In this document: piece after piece, positions 39,880 through 49,537 of the stretch
How the letters are laid out: each line of letters begins with the position of its first letter
Numbering within the stretch: the stretch's first letter is position 1
Source of the DNA: Candidatus Bathyarchaeota archaeon
Lineage (GTDB): Archaea > Thermoproteota > Bathyarchaeia > 40CM-2-53-6
Length of the DNA: 64,000 nt
Assembly (NCBI GenBank): GCA_963726255.1
Contig: CAVSBL010000002.1
Location: 1,792,001-1,856,000 of the forward strand
Reading direction: 5' to 3'
Translations under genes and position numbers: made by a program
Notes under the pieces: model-generated
What the model was told of the DNA's origin: nothing
Seen by the model: the letters and a program-made list of their open reading frames with translations, nothing else
Databases searched by the model: none

Positions 39880-40989
39880 GTGATAGCAAGTTCCGATCGT
39901 ATAAAGGAAATGTTAAACAGCCAGCGATTGGACGCACTAGTTGCCTTCGCCCGAGAGAACGTCTACTACTTAAGCGGCTACCAGACGCTGGACATCAGAG
40001 ACTTTGCATTCGTAATTTTTCCTCTCGATGACGAACCAGTTCTCTTAGTGTCGAAGACGGATGAGTACTACGTGGACGAGGAGTGGAGAAAGAAAGCTCG
40101 CTATTTCGGTAAGTACTACGTCGAAGGCGTTCCTAAGACTGCAGGAGACTTCGAAGATGCTGCAGAGGGTGTGGCCGGCATCCTCGCGCAGTTTGGCCTG
40201 AAACATGTTGGACTTGACGAAAGGGCTTTGAGTATTGATCTCTACGACAGAATCAGAGCTAAAGCGCCGGCGTGCACATTTGAAAAGGGCTCAGATATTT
40301 TCGACGAGTTGAGGATGATAAAGAGCGAGAGAGAAATCAGGCAGATTACAAATTCGTTAAGGGTTACAGAAAGAGCGCTCCTGAGTACTTACGACAAGGT
40401 GCATGAGGGGATGACGGAACTTGATGTTGCAAACGAGCTGAGGATTGCTCTTGCTATTGAGAGAGCGGATTGTTCTTGGGTCGAAATGGGTGGAGCAGCA
40501 GGAGTTCCGACTTACCCGGACCCAAAGCATGCCATCAAGAAAGGCGAAATTCTTCACATCGACGTTGGATCTATCTACGAAGGCTACGCCTGCGACACAT
40601 CTAGAGATGCTGTCATAGGAGAACCTAGCGATCGACAGCGCGAAATCAACGAAACCGTCTCCTGCGCCCTGGACAAGTCGATAGAATCAATACGGCCAGG
40701 TGTAAGAGCTTCAGAGGTTTTTAAAACAGGTCAGGAGACGGTGAAGAAAACTTTTCCGCAATATTGGCGACACCAGATCGGACATGGAACAGGCATCATT
40801 CCTCATGAGCCGCCTCGAATATCGCCTGAAAACGATAGGCCCTTGCGAGCGGGCATGGTTCTCGACATCGAGATACCATACTACATCTATGGGTTCGGCA
40901 CTTTTAACGTGGAAGATACCGTTGTCGTTACTGAACGTGGGCATGAAGTGCTTTCAAAACTCGATAGACACTTATCTATCCTAGGCTAG
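39880..40989 (+). CDS. M24 family Xaa-Pro peptidase
   Basis: Creatinase-like N-domain; metal ligands 'IDVG...GY.CD.SR', 'GHG.G...HE.P', 'IE.P', 'VED'. Confidence 0.9.
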   Translation: MIASSDRIKEMLNSQRLDALVAFARENVYYLSGYQTLDIRDFAFVIFPLDDEPVLLVSKTDEYYVDEEWRKKARYFGKYYVEGVPKTAGDFEDAAEGVAGILAQFGLKHVGLDERALSIDLYDRIRAKAPACTFEKGSDIFDELRMIKSEREIRQITNSLRVTERALLSTYDKVHEGMTELDVANELRIALAIERADCSWVEMGGAAGVPTYPDPKHAIKKGEILHIDVGSIYEGYACDTSRDAVIGEPSDRQREINETVSCALDKSIESIRPGVRASEVFKTGQETVKKTFPQYWRHQIGHGTGIIPHEPPRISPENDRPLRAGMVLDIEIPYYIYGFGTFNVEDTVVVTERGHEVLSKLDRHLSILG

Positions 40990-41087
40990 CCCTTCCACCG
41001 CTGGCCTTCGAGCCAAAGTTCGCATGATGCTGGGTTAAGACCGAAAAGCTTCCGTTTGTTCGCTGATGTCTGAGCGGCAAATCAGAG

Positions 41088-41867
41088 CTACTTTCGCGTC
41101 ACCTTTCGGATCTCTGCTACCGCCTGCAATGCAGCGGATTGCATAAAGGCTGCTTCTGTCGAATAGGTCAGCATCGTCATTCCTCTGTCCCTCCAGTACA
41201 GCAAGTCTTCCATATTGGGTGTGTGAATGCCTGATGCCACTCCATATTTCTTACATGCTTCGACAACCTTTCCGATGGCATCGATAATCTTCGGATGCCT
41301 GTGTTCTCCTGGGACCCCAAGCGATACTGACAGGTCCTGCGGTCCGATTAAGGCAGCATCAACACCTTTGACCGACACAAGATCTTCAATGTTCTCGATT
41401 GCATTCACTTTTTCGATTTGTGGGATTAGCATTGTATCTTCGTTCTGTTCTTCCATACGGTCCCTAACGGATAGCTTCTCATAATCACCTACGACCGACC
41501 GGATACCGAACCCTCTCTCTCCCAAGGGAGGATATTTCGCAAACCTTACGATGTTCTCAACAGTCTCTCTGGTTTCAACACGTGGAATAAGGAGCCCCTG
41601 CGCTCCGGAATCGAGAGTTCGGGCCACCAAGTGGTACTGTGGATCCGCGATTCGAGCAAGACAAGTAAGACCTACCGCTTTGCCAGTCCTGACGATCTCG
41701 GTGAGACTTTCAAGGCTGTAAGCAGAATGCTCCATGTCAACAAAAATAAAATCAAAGCCTGAAGCTGCCAACAGCCGGGCAACTTCGGGAGTTCTCATCT
41801 CAATTATCATAGTTCCAACGACGGTCTGACCTTCGGCCAAAACTTGCTTGACCCGGTTCTTTTTCAT
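41088..41867 (-). CDS. HpcH/HpaI aldolase family protein
   Basis: 'GFDFIFVDMEH', 'LDSGAQG.LIP', 'KYPPLGERG', 'QIE', 'IGP.DLS.SLG'. Confidence 0.92.
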   Translation of the reverse strand: MKKNRVKQVLAEGQTVVGTMIIEMRTPEVARLLAASGFDFIFVDMEHSAYSLESLTEIVRTGKAVGLTCLARIADPQYHLVARTLDSGAQGLLIPRVETRETVENIVRFAKYPPLGERGFGIRSVVGDYEKLSVRDRMEEQNEDTMLIPQIEKVNAIENIEDLVSVKGVDAALIGPQDLSVSLGVPGEHRHPKIIDAIGKVVEACKKYGVASGIHTPNMEDLLYWRDRGMTMLTYSTEAAFMQSAALQAVAEIRKVTRK

Positions 41868-41868
41868 T

Positions 41869-42674
41869 TTACATCAACAGCGATCTGAGATAACTCGACG
41901 ACTTACGAAGCATGAATTCTGCGGTGGGCAACGGGAGGCACTCCACTGCGATATAGTCTGCGTAATCTAGGCTCTTCAAGGTATTGATTATTTCGCCGAA
42001 ATGGAGGCTTCCAGTTCCTGGAGCTTTCCTCTGGTTGTCTGCAAAATGCACATGAAAAAGGTAGGGCTTCGCTCTAAGGAGAGCAGCTGTTATACTGTCT
42101 TCCTCCGCGTTCATATGCCATGTGTCAGCGAGGATTCCAACCTGTGCCGACCCTAATTGTCCTAGGAATTTCACCGTTTCACCGACAGTGTTCAAGATGT
42201 TCGTTATTGTCTTGCTCATTGATTCGATTGCCAGACGAACACCATACTCTTCGGCGCTTTTCGCGCATTTTTGCATACATTCGTGGAACCAATCTCTCTG
42301 CTGCGCAGGGTCACCGGTCGACGCGATCTTGCCGCGAACTCTCCCTACAACAACCACTTTCACGTTGAGCTTAGCGGCTAGCTCGATGAATTCTTCCATT
42401 CGAGTCACAGTCTTCTCACGAATAGTTCTATCGGCATCTGTAAAGCTCCATCCTAGAGTGCTGTGTGTAAGGCCAGTGGTTAATGCCGAAATCTCAAGGT
42501 TGTGGGATCTGACGTTTTCTAGCAGCCTCGCATAATCAATTGTCGCTGGTTCAAGGATGTTGAGTTCGATTCCGTCGAAACCAGCGGCGAAACATCTTCA
42601 ATGCAGGATTCCAGTGTGCCGCTCAAACCCAGGTTGCTCTTACCTCCGGGAGTCGCGTACATAGCGATCTTCAT
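41869..42674 (-). CDS. Sugar phosphate isomerase/epimerase (TIM-barrel, IolE-like), frameshift at about 42590
   Basis: ATG 42674 (MKIAMYATPG...); after a 1-nt shift 'AAGFDGIEL', then 'LAIE', 'DTWHMN', 'HVHFAD..R..PG.G', 'VE'. Confidence 0.85.
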
Positions 42675-42720
42675 TTGTTTCACGTTTCTGATCGATTCTT
42701 TATTTCACCACTTTGGTATT

Positions 42721-44103
42721 TCAACGTCTGGCGAGGAGTTCGGGGGCTTTTTCTTGGATTAGAGGTCTGATGGCTTTGATGGTTTCTTTGGTTTGATCAA
42801 TAGTGAAGCGCACGTCTTCCGCGGATGTTACGGTTGAGATGTTGAACCATCCTTGGTTAAGCGTGAAGAAGGCGCCTCTGTTGAGCATTTCTAGGTCAAA
42901 GATCCATCTCACGTAAGCCTTTGATTGGCTCGCGCTCCTGTAATCTGTGATCTCTTTGCTTGTGAAGTACAGATTGAATAGTGAGCCGAAACCCGTCACG
43001 GTGCTCATTACTCCAGCGTCGGCAAACGCTTTGTTCATTCCATCACGCAACTGGTTGCCTCTTGAGTCTAACCGCTCATAGGTGGCAGTGTCTAGTTCAC
43101 TCAATGTAGCGAGTCCGGCAGCCATAGTTAGAGGATGCGCGTTCCAAGTTCCCGATGCGCCGATTCTAGGTCTTTTGCCTTCAGGAATTTCAAACAGTTG
43201 CATTGTTTCCTCACTTCCACCAAAGGCTCCAACGGGGAAGCCTCCGCCTATGTTCTTCCCGAAAACGGCCATGTCAGGTTCTACATGGAAGACCTTAGCC
43301 GCGCCGCCTTTGGAGAGTCTGAATCCTGTTACGACTTCGTCGAACATCAAAAGCACGTCATTCTCCTCGGTTATCTCCTTCAACCTCTTTAGGAAGCCTG
43401 CTTTCATTGGAGCGTATCCTCTTGGTTTTGCGAGTGGTTCGACAATGAGTACTGCGAGCTCATGCCGATTCTTTCTAATTATTTGCTCAGTGGTTTCAAT
43501 GTCTTCAAACGGCAGCACTACGGTATCGTTCGGTACGCTGCTAGGCATGCCCTCGCATTCCGGAACAGCGATTAGGTCAGACCCTTGCCCTGCTTTGTCG
43601 AGGGCTGGATTGACGCTTACGTAGACCGAATCGTATGTGCCGTGAAATTGCCCTTCAAATTTGGCAATCTTGCTCTTGCCCTTGTATGCCCTTGCCACTC
43701 TCAGAGCGTTCATGATGGCTTCCGTGCCCGTTCCTGCGAATCTCACTTTCTCAGCTGCGGGATAACACTCATGTATCTTCTCTGCAAGTTCTACTTCTGG
43801 TTCGGTTGGAGCGCCAAGCGCGGTTCCTCGCTCGAGTTGCGCTGCTATGGCACGCATCACCTCGGGGTGCTTGTGCCCAAGGATGAGCGATGATTGGTTG
43901 AAGCAATAGTCGATGCTTTCGTTTCCGTCCACAAAGTAAATGTGCGAACCAATTGCATGGTCAGCATAAGCTGGAAATGGTCTGTAGAACACCGCGTTCC
44001 TAGTCGTCCCGCTCGGCATAACAGTCCGTGCGCGGGCGTAGAGTACTTGAGATTTTGATCTTTGTGAAAGGAATTTCTTGATAGAACCAATAGTTTCCAT
44101 CAT
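42721..44103 (-). CDS. Class III PLP aminotransferase (HemL-like), second paralog
   Basis: 'ILGHKHP', 'GTEA', 'FEG.FHG', 'FDEVVTGFR', 'GKNIGGGFPVGAFGG', 'SGTWN..P'. Confidence 0.9.
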   Translation of the reverse strand: MMETIGSIKKFLSQRSKSQVLYARARTVMPSGTTRNAVFYRPFPAYADHAIGSHIYFVDGNESIDYCFNQSSLILGHKHPEVMRAIAAQLERGTALGAPTEPEVELAEKIHECYPAAEKVRFAGTGTEAIMNALRVARAYKGKSKIAKFEGQFHGTYDSVYVSVNPALDKAGQGSDLIAVPECEGMPSSVPNDTVVLPFEDIETTEQIIRKNRHELAVLIVEPLAKPRGYAPMKAGFLKRLKEITEENDVLLMFDEVVTGFRLSKGGAAKVFHVEPDMAVFGKNIGGGFPVGAFGGSEETMQLFEIPEGKRPRIGASGTWNAHPLTMAAGLATLSELDTATYERLDSRGNQLRDGMNKAFADAGVMSTVTGFGSLFNLYFTSKEITDYRSASQSKAYVRWIFDLEMLNRGAFFTLNQGWFNISTVTSAEDVRFTIDQTKETIKAIRPLIQEKAPELLARR

Positions 44104-44372
44104 TGATACGTTACCCGTACAAGTGGACCGCGACTAGGCGAGCATTCCGGCATATAGGGTAGCCGACATGCTTCCAGCCTTGAGAAAACTTCTGAATCAG
44201 AATTAGTGCCAATAGTAATGCAAGGAACTAGGGGTTGCGGATTGCGGCCTGTTAATTTTCAAATAGTGGTAATCAACATGGCGGTAGTCTCCTCGGGCCA
44301 GCCTTCCTCGGTCTTATCATTAACAAACGCCGACTACGTCTGAACGCAAGAGAGAAATTACTGAGGGTCTCC

Positions 44373-44888
44373 ATGGAAACAAGGCGACATCGGATGTCTG
44401 ATGCTCAAGCATTAGAAGGAATCGCGTCTTGCCGATTAGAGCGAATTGTTATCGGAAAATTGGCTATGAACACCGATCTTTTAGACGGAATCCTGGAATT
44501 GATCAGAAGGGAGAGAATCAGAACTGGGTTGATTCTGTCGGTTGTTGGGGCTTTGAGAGAAGCGACCTTTCGAAACGTCAAAACTATGCCTCCCAATTTG
44601 AAGGTGAAAAAAAAGCACCGAGTCTATCTAAAACTGGATCAGCAAATGGAATTAGTGTCACTTACCGGGTGGGTTGCAACAAAGCATGATGGTTACCCAG
44701 AAGTCCATGCCCATTTTTCTGTCTCCACAGTGGTTGATGACAAGGTTATGACGTTTGGAGGACACCTCACACGTGGGGCGATAACATCTATCAAAGTAGT
44801 TGTTGCCATCGGTGTTATCGAAGAAAGCGCCATCAAGGCAGTCATGGATTCTAGAATAGGCCAGGTAGATGTGAAACTGCCAGCCTAG
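44373..44888 (+). CDS. PPC/DUF296 domain protein
   Basis: 'VGAL', 'ELVSLTG', 'VHAHFS', 'GGHL..G'. Confidence 0.85.
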   Translation: METRRHRMSDAQALEGIASCRLERIVIGKLAMNTDLLDGILELIRRERIRTGLILSVVGALREATFRNVKTMPPNLKVKKKHRVYLKLDQQMELVSLTGWVATKHDGYPEVHAHFSVSTVVDDKVMTFGGHLTRGAITSIKVVVAIGVIEESAIKAVMDSRIGQVDVKLPA

Positions 44889-44949
44889 TAAACTGCACGT
44901 GTTGGAATTCATAAAGAATGAAATTTCGCTCGCTCAAATCCCCCAAAAT

Positions 44950-44989
44950 CACTACTGGTCGATGGGGGAAGAAGAGACTTCCTATGACT
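44950..44989 (+). repeat. 40-bp direct repeat, right copy (orphan SDR 3' end)
   Basis: Identical to 22868-22907; intergenic here. Confidence 0.95.
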
Positions 44990-45027
44990 TGAACGAGAGG
45001 AAAGTTCAAGCAGGAGCCCGAGAGTGG

Positions 45028-45813
45028 TTAACCTCTCCTCTCTCGTCTTAGAAGTTGGAATGAGACTGCATGGGTAAGTGCGCTGACGAGCATGGCTGAA
45101 ACGAACGCTAAGCCCACTCCCCAGTTAGTGATTGTTGCTGAGATGATCAGGAAGAAGATTATGAACGTGAAGGATCCAGCGACCACACCTCTCAGGAGTC
45201 TGATTGCATGCGCGCCCCCTTCAGACCGGTGAGTGAAGACCGCGAGAATCGTGGCGTACACCGGAAAAGGTGTAAGGAGTCCTGTTAACTATGGCCCAAG
45301 CCACTGGGCAACACCCGTAATCAGGAACACTAAAGCAGTGGCGGAAACCATACGCGCAGGGACCTCCCACCACCCCGTTCTCAGCGAGCTTCCCTCCAAG
45401 GTAACGTGAGGCATTAGCAAGAAGGTTATCAGAAGTACTCCGAAGACCGAAACGAAGCCGATTAACAAAGGCAGTTTTGTCGATTGGAGGAATAGTGTGC
45501 AGGCAAAGTAGGCGCATAAACCTGCCAGCAGGCTTAGCCGCCAGAAAAAGCGCGTAGCTGACCAGGTGTAAGCCAATGCGAAGGCGAATACTGAGATGAT
45601 CCCCATCATGATTGCTGCTGAGGCTGCGGAAGCGAAGGCATCTCCCTGTTCCAGGGCTAGGAAGAATGCAACCGGACCTGAAGTTAATGGCAACCCAATG
45701 AGCCAGCCACCAACGATTGGCCCCCATTTGCGGCTTGAGAGACTGACAAGGCCTATGAAAGTTGGGACAAGGAGTAGTTTGAGGAGAAGAATCATCCAGT
45801 CTGCGTAGATCAA
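45028..45813 (-). pseudogene. Multi-pass membrane protein with one in-frame TAG (45289-45291)
   Basis: Two tracked ORFs share a frame: ...WLGP*LTGLLTPFPVYA...; the halves are internally repeated (KWGP..GGWL.GLP vs WLGP.LTGLL.PFP). Confidence 0.7.
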
Positions 45814-45853
45814 TTTTGACTACTCGAAGAGGAAGCGTTCGAAGTGACTACTA

Positions 45854-45875
45854 GTGTGTGCGCGCACCATCTGAC
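45854..45875 (+). repeat. Palindromic repeat family, partial copy
   Basis: GTGTGTGCGCGCACCATCTGAC. Confidence 0.7.
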
Positions 45876-45911
45876 AGCCCCGAAGGCGAAAGGGGACCAT
45901 GACACAATGAG

Positions 45912-46607
45912 TCATGTGTCCTTGCCTTCCAGTCGGAGGTTCTCTAAGGTAATGTACATTACTGAATCTACTTCGTGTTTTGAGTACGAACCTACTCGAA
46001 TGGTCTTCTTGAATTGTGGGCTGTCTAGAACCACCGTATGATATTCTCCATTTTCTCCGCATATATCAAGCCCGGTCCGTCTACTGATTTCAATTAGCTG
46101 CTCTACTGAACTCGGGGAGAGATCCAATCCGAGCCATTCTTCTGTGAACCAGGGTTTCTTAACGCAAGAGAAAACTATCTTGAATTTGAGCGAGAGCAGT
46201 TTATTCAGAAGTTCAACCCTGTCTCGATGCCACAAAGGCTTGATGAGGTCAATGCCACAACGCGCACAGCGGTCCACCATCCAATCCGGATCGTGACCAG
46301 TGACTTCTCCAATATCCCCGGTTACCAGCGTACTAATTCCGCGCTTTTCCTTGAGGGAGGAGATTGCATCTTCATAGCCCACATCGAATGGCTCCTCAAC
46401 TTCTAATACGTAATGTGGAAGACCCAAAGCCTGCGCCTGAAGCGCCATGAAGCCGAGAGGGTGAGCAAGAAACATTTCCTGACTCGGAGCGAAAGTGATT
46501 AAACAGTCAATCATACTGCCTAACATTCTTGCTTCATACAGGGCTAGAGAGGAATCCTTGCCCCCGGTCCACGACACCGCCACTCTGGACATGTTGCCAG
46601 AAATCAA
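45912..46607 (-). CDS. Diphthine-ammonia ligase-like ATP pyrophosphatase (DUF71 family)
   Basis: PP-loop 'SWTGGKDS', 'GDI', 'PLW', 'DICGENGEYHT.V.D.P.F'. Confidence 0.88.
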   Translation of the reverse strand: MISGNMSRVAVSWTGGKDSSLALYEARMLGSMIDCLITFAPSQEMFLAHPLGFMALQAQALGLPHYVLEVEEPFDVGYEDAISSLKEKRGISTLVTGDIGEVTGHDPDWMVDRCARCGIDLIKPLWHRDRVELLNKLLSLKFKIVFSCVKKPWFTEEWLGLDLSPSSVEQLIEISRRTGLDICGENGEYHTVVLDSPQFKKTIRVGSYSKHEVDSVMYITLENLRLEGKDT

Positions 46608-46662
46608 TCACTTCACAATTTTAGCCTAATGAAGTGTCCAGCTGCGCGCAATTATCCGTCTT

Positions 46663-46694
46663 TTGTGCGTACCCTTAGTGGTGAGCACACACAA
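46663..46694 (-). repeat. Palindromic repeat family copy
   Basis: Reverse complement TTGTGTGTGCTCACCACTAAGGGTACGCACAA. Confidence 0.75.
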
Positions 46695-46749
46695 TAAAAT
46701 CGGTGACGACGTGAAATAGGGGAAGTAGGCGAGGAAGCCTAAGGAACCG

Positions 46750-47154
46750 TCAGTGTTTCATCTGTTTTGCTAGGTACGCTTCAACTTCTGCGAACTGCTT
46801 CTTGAATTTGTCAAAGTCAATGCTTGCCGCATGTAAGATGGCGCTCCAACCAGCTGTGAATCTTGCGAGAAAAGCGGTCTCGGCTATTTCATCATCGGTA
46901 GCGCCGTTCATTCTGGCGGCTCTTGTGTGGAAATGAATGCAGTACGGACAATGAATTGCAGATGCAACAGCTAACCCCATAAGCTCACGGTACTTGGCGG
47001 GTATCTTGGTTTCCGCGAAGGTGAATTTCTTCATCTCTGCCCATTCGTGGGGAAGTGCATCATGTGGAATCGCTGTGAACTGATCGAGCACTAAGCCCAT
47101 GGTTTTCTTGATGTCGTCAAGAGTATTCTCATATTCTCCCATTCGATATGACAC
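46750..47154 (-). CDS. Carboxymuconolactone decarboxylase/AhpD family protein
   Basis: 'KYRELMGLAVA....CPYCI.FH...A...GAT..EI.E'. Confidence 0.9.
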   Translation of the reverse strand: MSYRMGEYENTLDDIKKTMGLVLDQFTAIPHDALPHEWAEMKKFTFAETKIPAKYRELMGLAVASAIHCPYCIHFHTRAARMNGATDDEIAETAFLARFTAGWSAILHAASIDFDKFKKQFAEVEAYLAKQMKH

Positions 47155-47304
47155 CTCCTACTCCAATCTGCTTTCGAAGATTCGATTCACATCTCGCGAC
47201 TGTGCAGGAGACATGATGCGAAAGCACGTAACAGCAAGTGCTAGAAAGCAAACTCCACTAAAACGGCGCGCAACTATTTCAGAGTTTTCATTGCTCGTAG
47301 TCCC

Positions 47305-47329
47305 GTGGGTATGCTGGTGCGCACACACA
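47305..47329 (-). repeat. Palindromic repeat family copy
   Basis: Reverse complement TGTGTGTGCGCACCAGCATACCCAC. Confidence 0.75.
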
Positions 47330-47434
47330 GAATAGTCGGCAGCACACTATCTTTTCAACTTCACACCTGTACGTTGGGTGCTCCGAAACTATGGCGGTCA
47401 CATGGCCTATCGCTGACTTCTGTTTCTTTTCAAA

Positions 47435-47773
47435 TTAGGCAGGTGCTCCACAATGGGGGCATTGGTTTAACGTCTCTTCGAAGATTTGTCCGCAATTTCT
47501 GCATCGTATCTTCACAATTACCTCTCGTTGTATCGTTTCCTTCTCCTTGACCATTTCTGGAGCGTCTGCTTCAACTAGCTTCCAGCTCAGGGGCGTAAAG
47601 AGCGATCTTGCCTGAACTGCTAGAACATACCTCGTTGAACATTCCGAACAGACCACGTTAGGCATCGCAACTTCGAGCATGCGCCCGCCGTCTTTGGGGC
47701 ACCGAGACTTCTTGAGTGCCCTTTCGAAGTTTCTTCGCTGTCTTACCAATTGCCAGGACCGAGCACCGAACAT
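47435..47773 (-). CDS. Small double zinc-ribbon protein
   Basis: CPKD/CSEC and CRNC/CPHC pairs; 'KEKETI.REVIVKIRC' tail. Confidence 0.7.
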   Translation of the reverse strand: MFGARSWQLVRQRRNFERALKKSRCPKDGGRMLEVAMPNVVCSECSTRYVLAVQARSLFTPLSWKLVEADAPEMVKEKETIQREVIVKIRCRNCGQIFEETLNQCPHCGAPA

Positions 47774-47856
47774 ATATCGTGAATGTTTGGCGGCGCTATA
47801 AATGCCCTAGCATATTTTCTCGGAAACTGGAAGACCCCCAGAACTTTCAGGCATCT

Positions 47857-47888
47857 TCGTGTGCGTACCACTAGAGGTACACACACGA
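47857..47888 (+). repeat. Palindromic repeat family copy
   Basis: TCGTGTGCGTACCACTAGAGGTACACACACGA. Confidence 0.75.
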
Positions 47889-47933
47889 GAAAACCTAAAG
47901 GGGGTAACGTACGGTCCCTGTTAGTGTTCAGAG

Positions 47934-48707
47934 TTGGCGGGCCAGGAACGAACCGACATTCCTCTTCTGCATGAATTGCTCCCCGACGACGTAAGGCTTG
48001 GGACCGTTTTCGCAGTTGAATTTGATCCTGTTTCGCACTGGTTTGCCGTAGCGGCAAGTATGGTTGTAAGTTGGGTGAAGAGCGGCCGACGTGCGGGGTG
48101 GGTTGCGATGGCCCGCCCTAGGGAAGACGTCAGAAATGACCTAGCGAGGTTGGGGGTAAATGTGCTTGAGAGCGAGAGAGCTGGAATGTTGCTCGTAGAC
48201 GACTGGCATTCTGCAACTTTAGGCTTGGAGCCCGTCTCTGGCCTTGCCAATGAAATCGTTGAAGGAGAAGGCGGACCTTACAACCGGATACTTTCGCTAA
48301 AGGTTTCGGATTGGAGTGTGCACTTCTTGAAAATGGTGAAGGAGGGTTTGAAGGATGTTGGAGATGACTGGCCTCTCGGTGCACTCGCCATCGCCGATTC
48401 TATTTCACCTGCCCTTAGATTCAACGATGAGAAACCGTACCTTGAGTGGTTAGAAAACAGGGTGAACCCTTGGCAACGACGGAGCATGGGAGTTACATTT
48501 CAAGGGGTAGTTAGCGGGCTTCATTCCGAGTTATTCTACAAGCGGATGGAGAACACTGCTGATGGAGTAATGGACGTGAAGGTAATGGAACGCGAAGACC
48601 AAACCAAGAATTATCTGAGAATCCGCGGTTTCAAAGGTCAAAGGTACGACAGCAGTTGGCATGAGATAGACATCAAATCAAACGGTGAAGCAATTCTGAG
48701 CAGCTGA
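47934..48707 (+). CDS. RecA-superfamily (KaiC/RAD55-like) domain protein with degenerate Walker A
   Basis: 'T.IP.L.ELL', 'IADSIS', 'ADGVMD.K........NYLRIR..KG'; the Walker A position reads EFDPVSHW. Confidence 0.7.
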   Translation: MAGQERTDIPLLHELLPDDVRLGTVFAVEFDPVSHWFAVAASMVVSWVKSGRRAGWVAMARPREDVRNDLARLGVNVLESERAGMLLVDDWHSATLGLEPVSGLANEIVEGEGGPYNRILSLKVSDWSVHFLKMVKEGLKDVGDDWPLGALAIADSISPALRFNDEKPYLEWLENRVNPWQRRSMGVTFQGVVSGLHSELFYKRMENTADGVMDVKVMEREDQTKNYLRIRGFKGQRYDSSWHEIDIKSNGEAILSS

Positions 48708-48718
48708 GCTTCCTTTTC

Positions 48719-48751
48719 GTGTGTGTGCGCACCATTGGACCCACACACAAA
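48719..48751 (+). repeat. Palindromic repeat family copy (closest to consensus)
   Basis: GTGTGTGTGCGCACCATTGGACCCACACACAAA. Confidence 0.85.
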
Positions 48752-48762
48752 CCTATCAGGAC

Positions 48763-48866
48763 AGTCTGGTGGTGCGAGGAACTGAATTTGAATCGTGAGC
48801 ACTAGACACACAAGAAACACCCCGGTTCAATTTCTGGGGCTCGCACCATCAGACCCACACACACAA
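48763..48866. repeat. Inverted pair of tRNA-3'-end-like/repeat hybrids
   Basis: 48763-48796 (minus: ACGATTCAAATTCAGTTCCTCGCACCACCAGACT) and 48824-48866 (plus: GGTTCAATTTCTGGGGCTCGCACCATCAGACCCACACACACAA). Confidence 0.7.
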
Positions 48867-48960
48867 CCTTAGTTTCGGTCGCACGAAGGTTCTATTCGGT
48901 TCCTGGTAGATCAAAGGAATCAGAGAAATATGGGAAGCGAGCATCCTCAATCGAGTAGGT

Positions 48961-49383
48961 GTGAGAATGAAGGAAATTAGTACGAGCCAAGAGAAGAAAG
49001 AGAAGAAGATTGCACTCAGTTTCTTCAGTTTGATTGCCCCTCCTGAAGGACCGATGGCCGCTTTGCGCATTTTTGATCCAAAATGCAGGCATCACAATCC
49101 TTACAGTGCTCCCGGAATGAAAGCGCTATTCAGGGAGATGGCGAAGGTGCAGCAAGACATGGAGGCGAACGAAATGCCGCGTGATCCAGTCTTCCAAATC
49201 AAGCATGTGCTGGTAGATGGAAAGATGGTCGTCATCCATACTACTCTGCAATCCAAATCGAAAAGAACGAGAGGCTTCAGGCAAATCCACATGTTCCGTT
49301 TCAAGAGGGACAAGGTTGTCGAGTACTGGGATGTAACGCAGAGCGTGCCAAAGGAGGCCAAGTATCCGAAGAACATGTTCTAG
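48961..49383 (+). CDS. SnoaL/NTF2-like protein
   Basis: 'HHNP....G', 'LVDG.MVV.H', 'FRF...KVVEYWDV.Q'. Confidence 0.82.
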   Translation: MRMKEISTSQEKKEKKIALSFFSLIAPPEGPMAALRIFDPKCRHHNPYSAPGMKALFREMAKVQQDMEANEMPRDPVFQIKHVLVDGKMVVIHTTLQSKSKRTRGFRQIHMFRFKRDKVVEYWDVTQSVPKEAKYPKNMF

Positions 49384-49481
49384 TAAAGTTTCAGAAACAT
49401 CTCCCAATGAATTAGGGAGACTATTTTTTGAAGCAAGGGCTGGCCGTAATCTGAGCCATCTCGTTTGTCGTCGTTCTCATT

Positions 49482-49519
49482 TTTCGTGTGTGTGGGTATA
49501 GTGGTGCGCACACACGAAA
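49482..49519 (-). repeat. Palindromic repeat family copy
   Basis: Perfect 11-bp inverted ends TTTCGTGTGTG/CACACACGAAA; reverse-complement core CGCACCACTATACCCACAC. Confidence 0.85.
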
Positions 49520-49537
49520 CCTGTTCGACTAGACATC

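Larger units (their letters stand above)
22868..44989. mobile_element. Putative 22-kb genomic island (peptide/amino-acid catabolism) bounded by direct repeats
   Basis: Perfect 40-bp terminal repeats duplicate the host gene's 3' end; cargo is catabolic enzymes and a peptide ABC transporter; no integrase seen. Confidence 0.55.

Noticed and set aside
42585-42597. Frameshift in the sugar epimerase gene as regulation or a second intron
   Set aside because: Single-base loss in a short run; no insert and no BHB structure.
48780-48850. Intact tRNA gene
   Set aside because: Only a degenerate T-arm/acceptor 3' half is present; no D-arm or anticodon arm could be folded.
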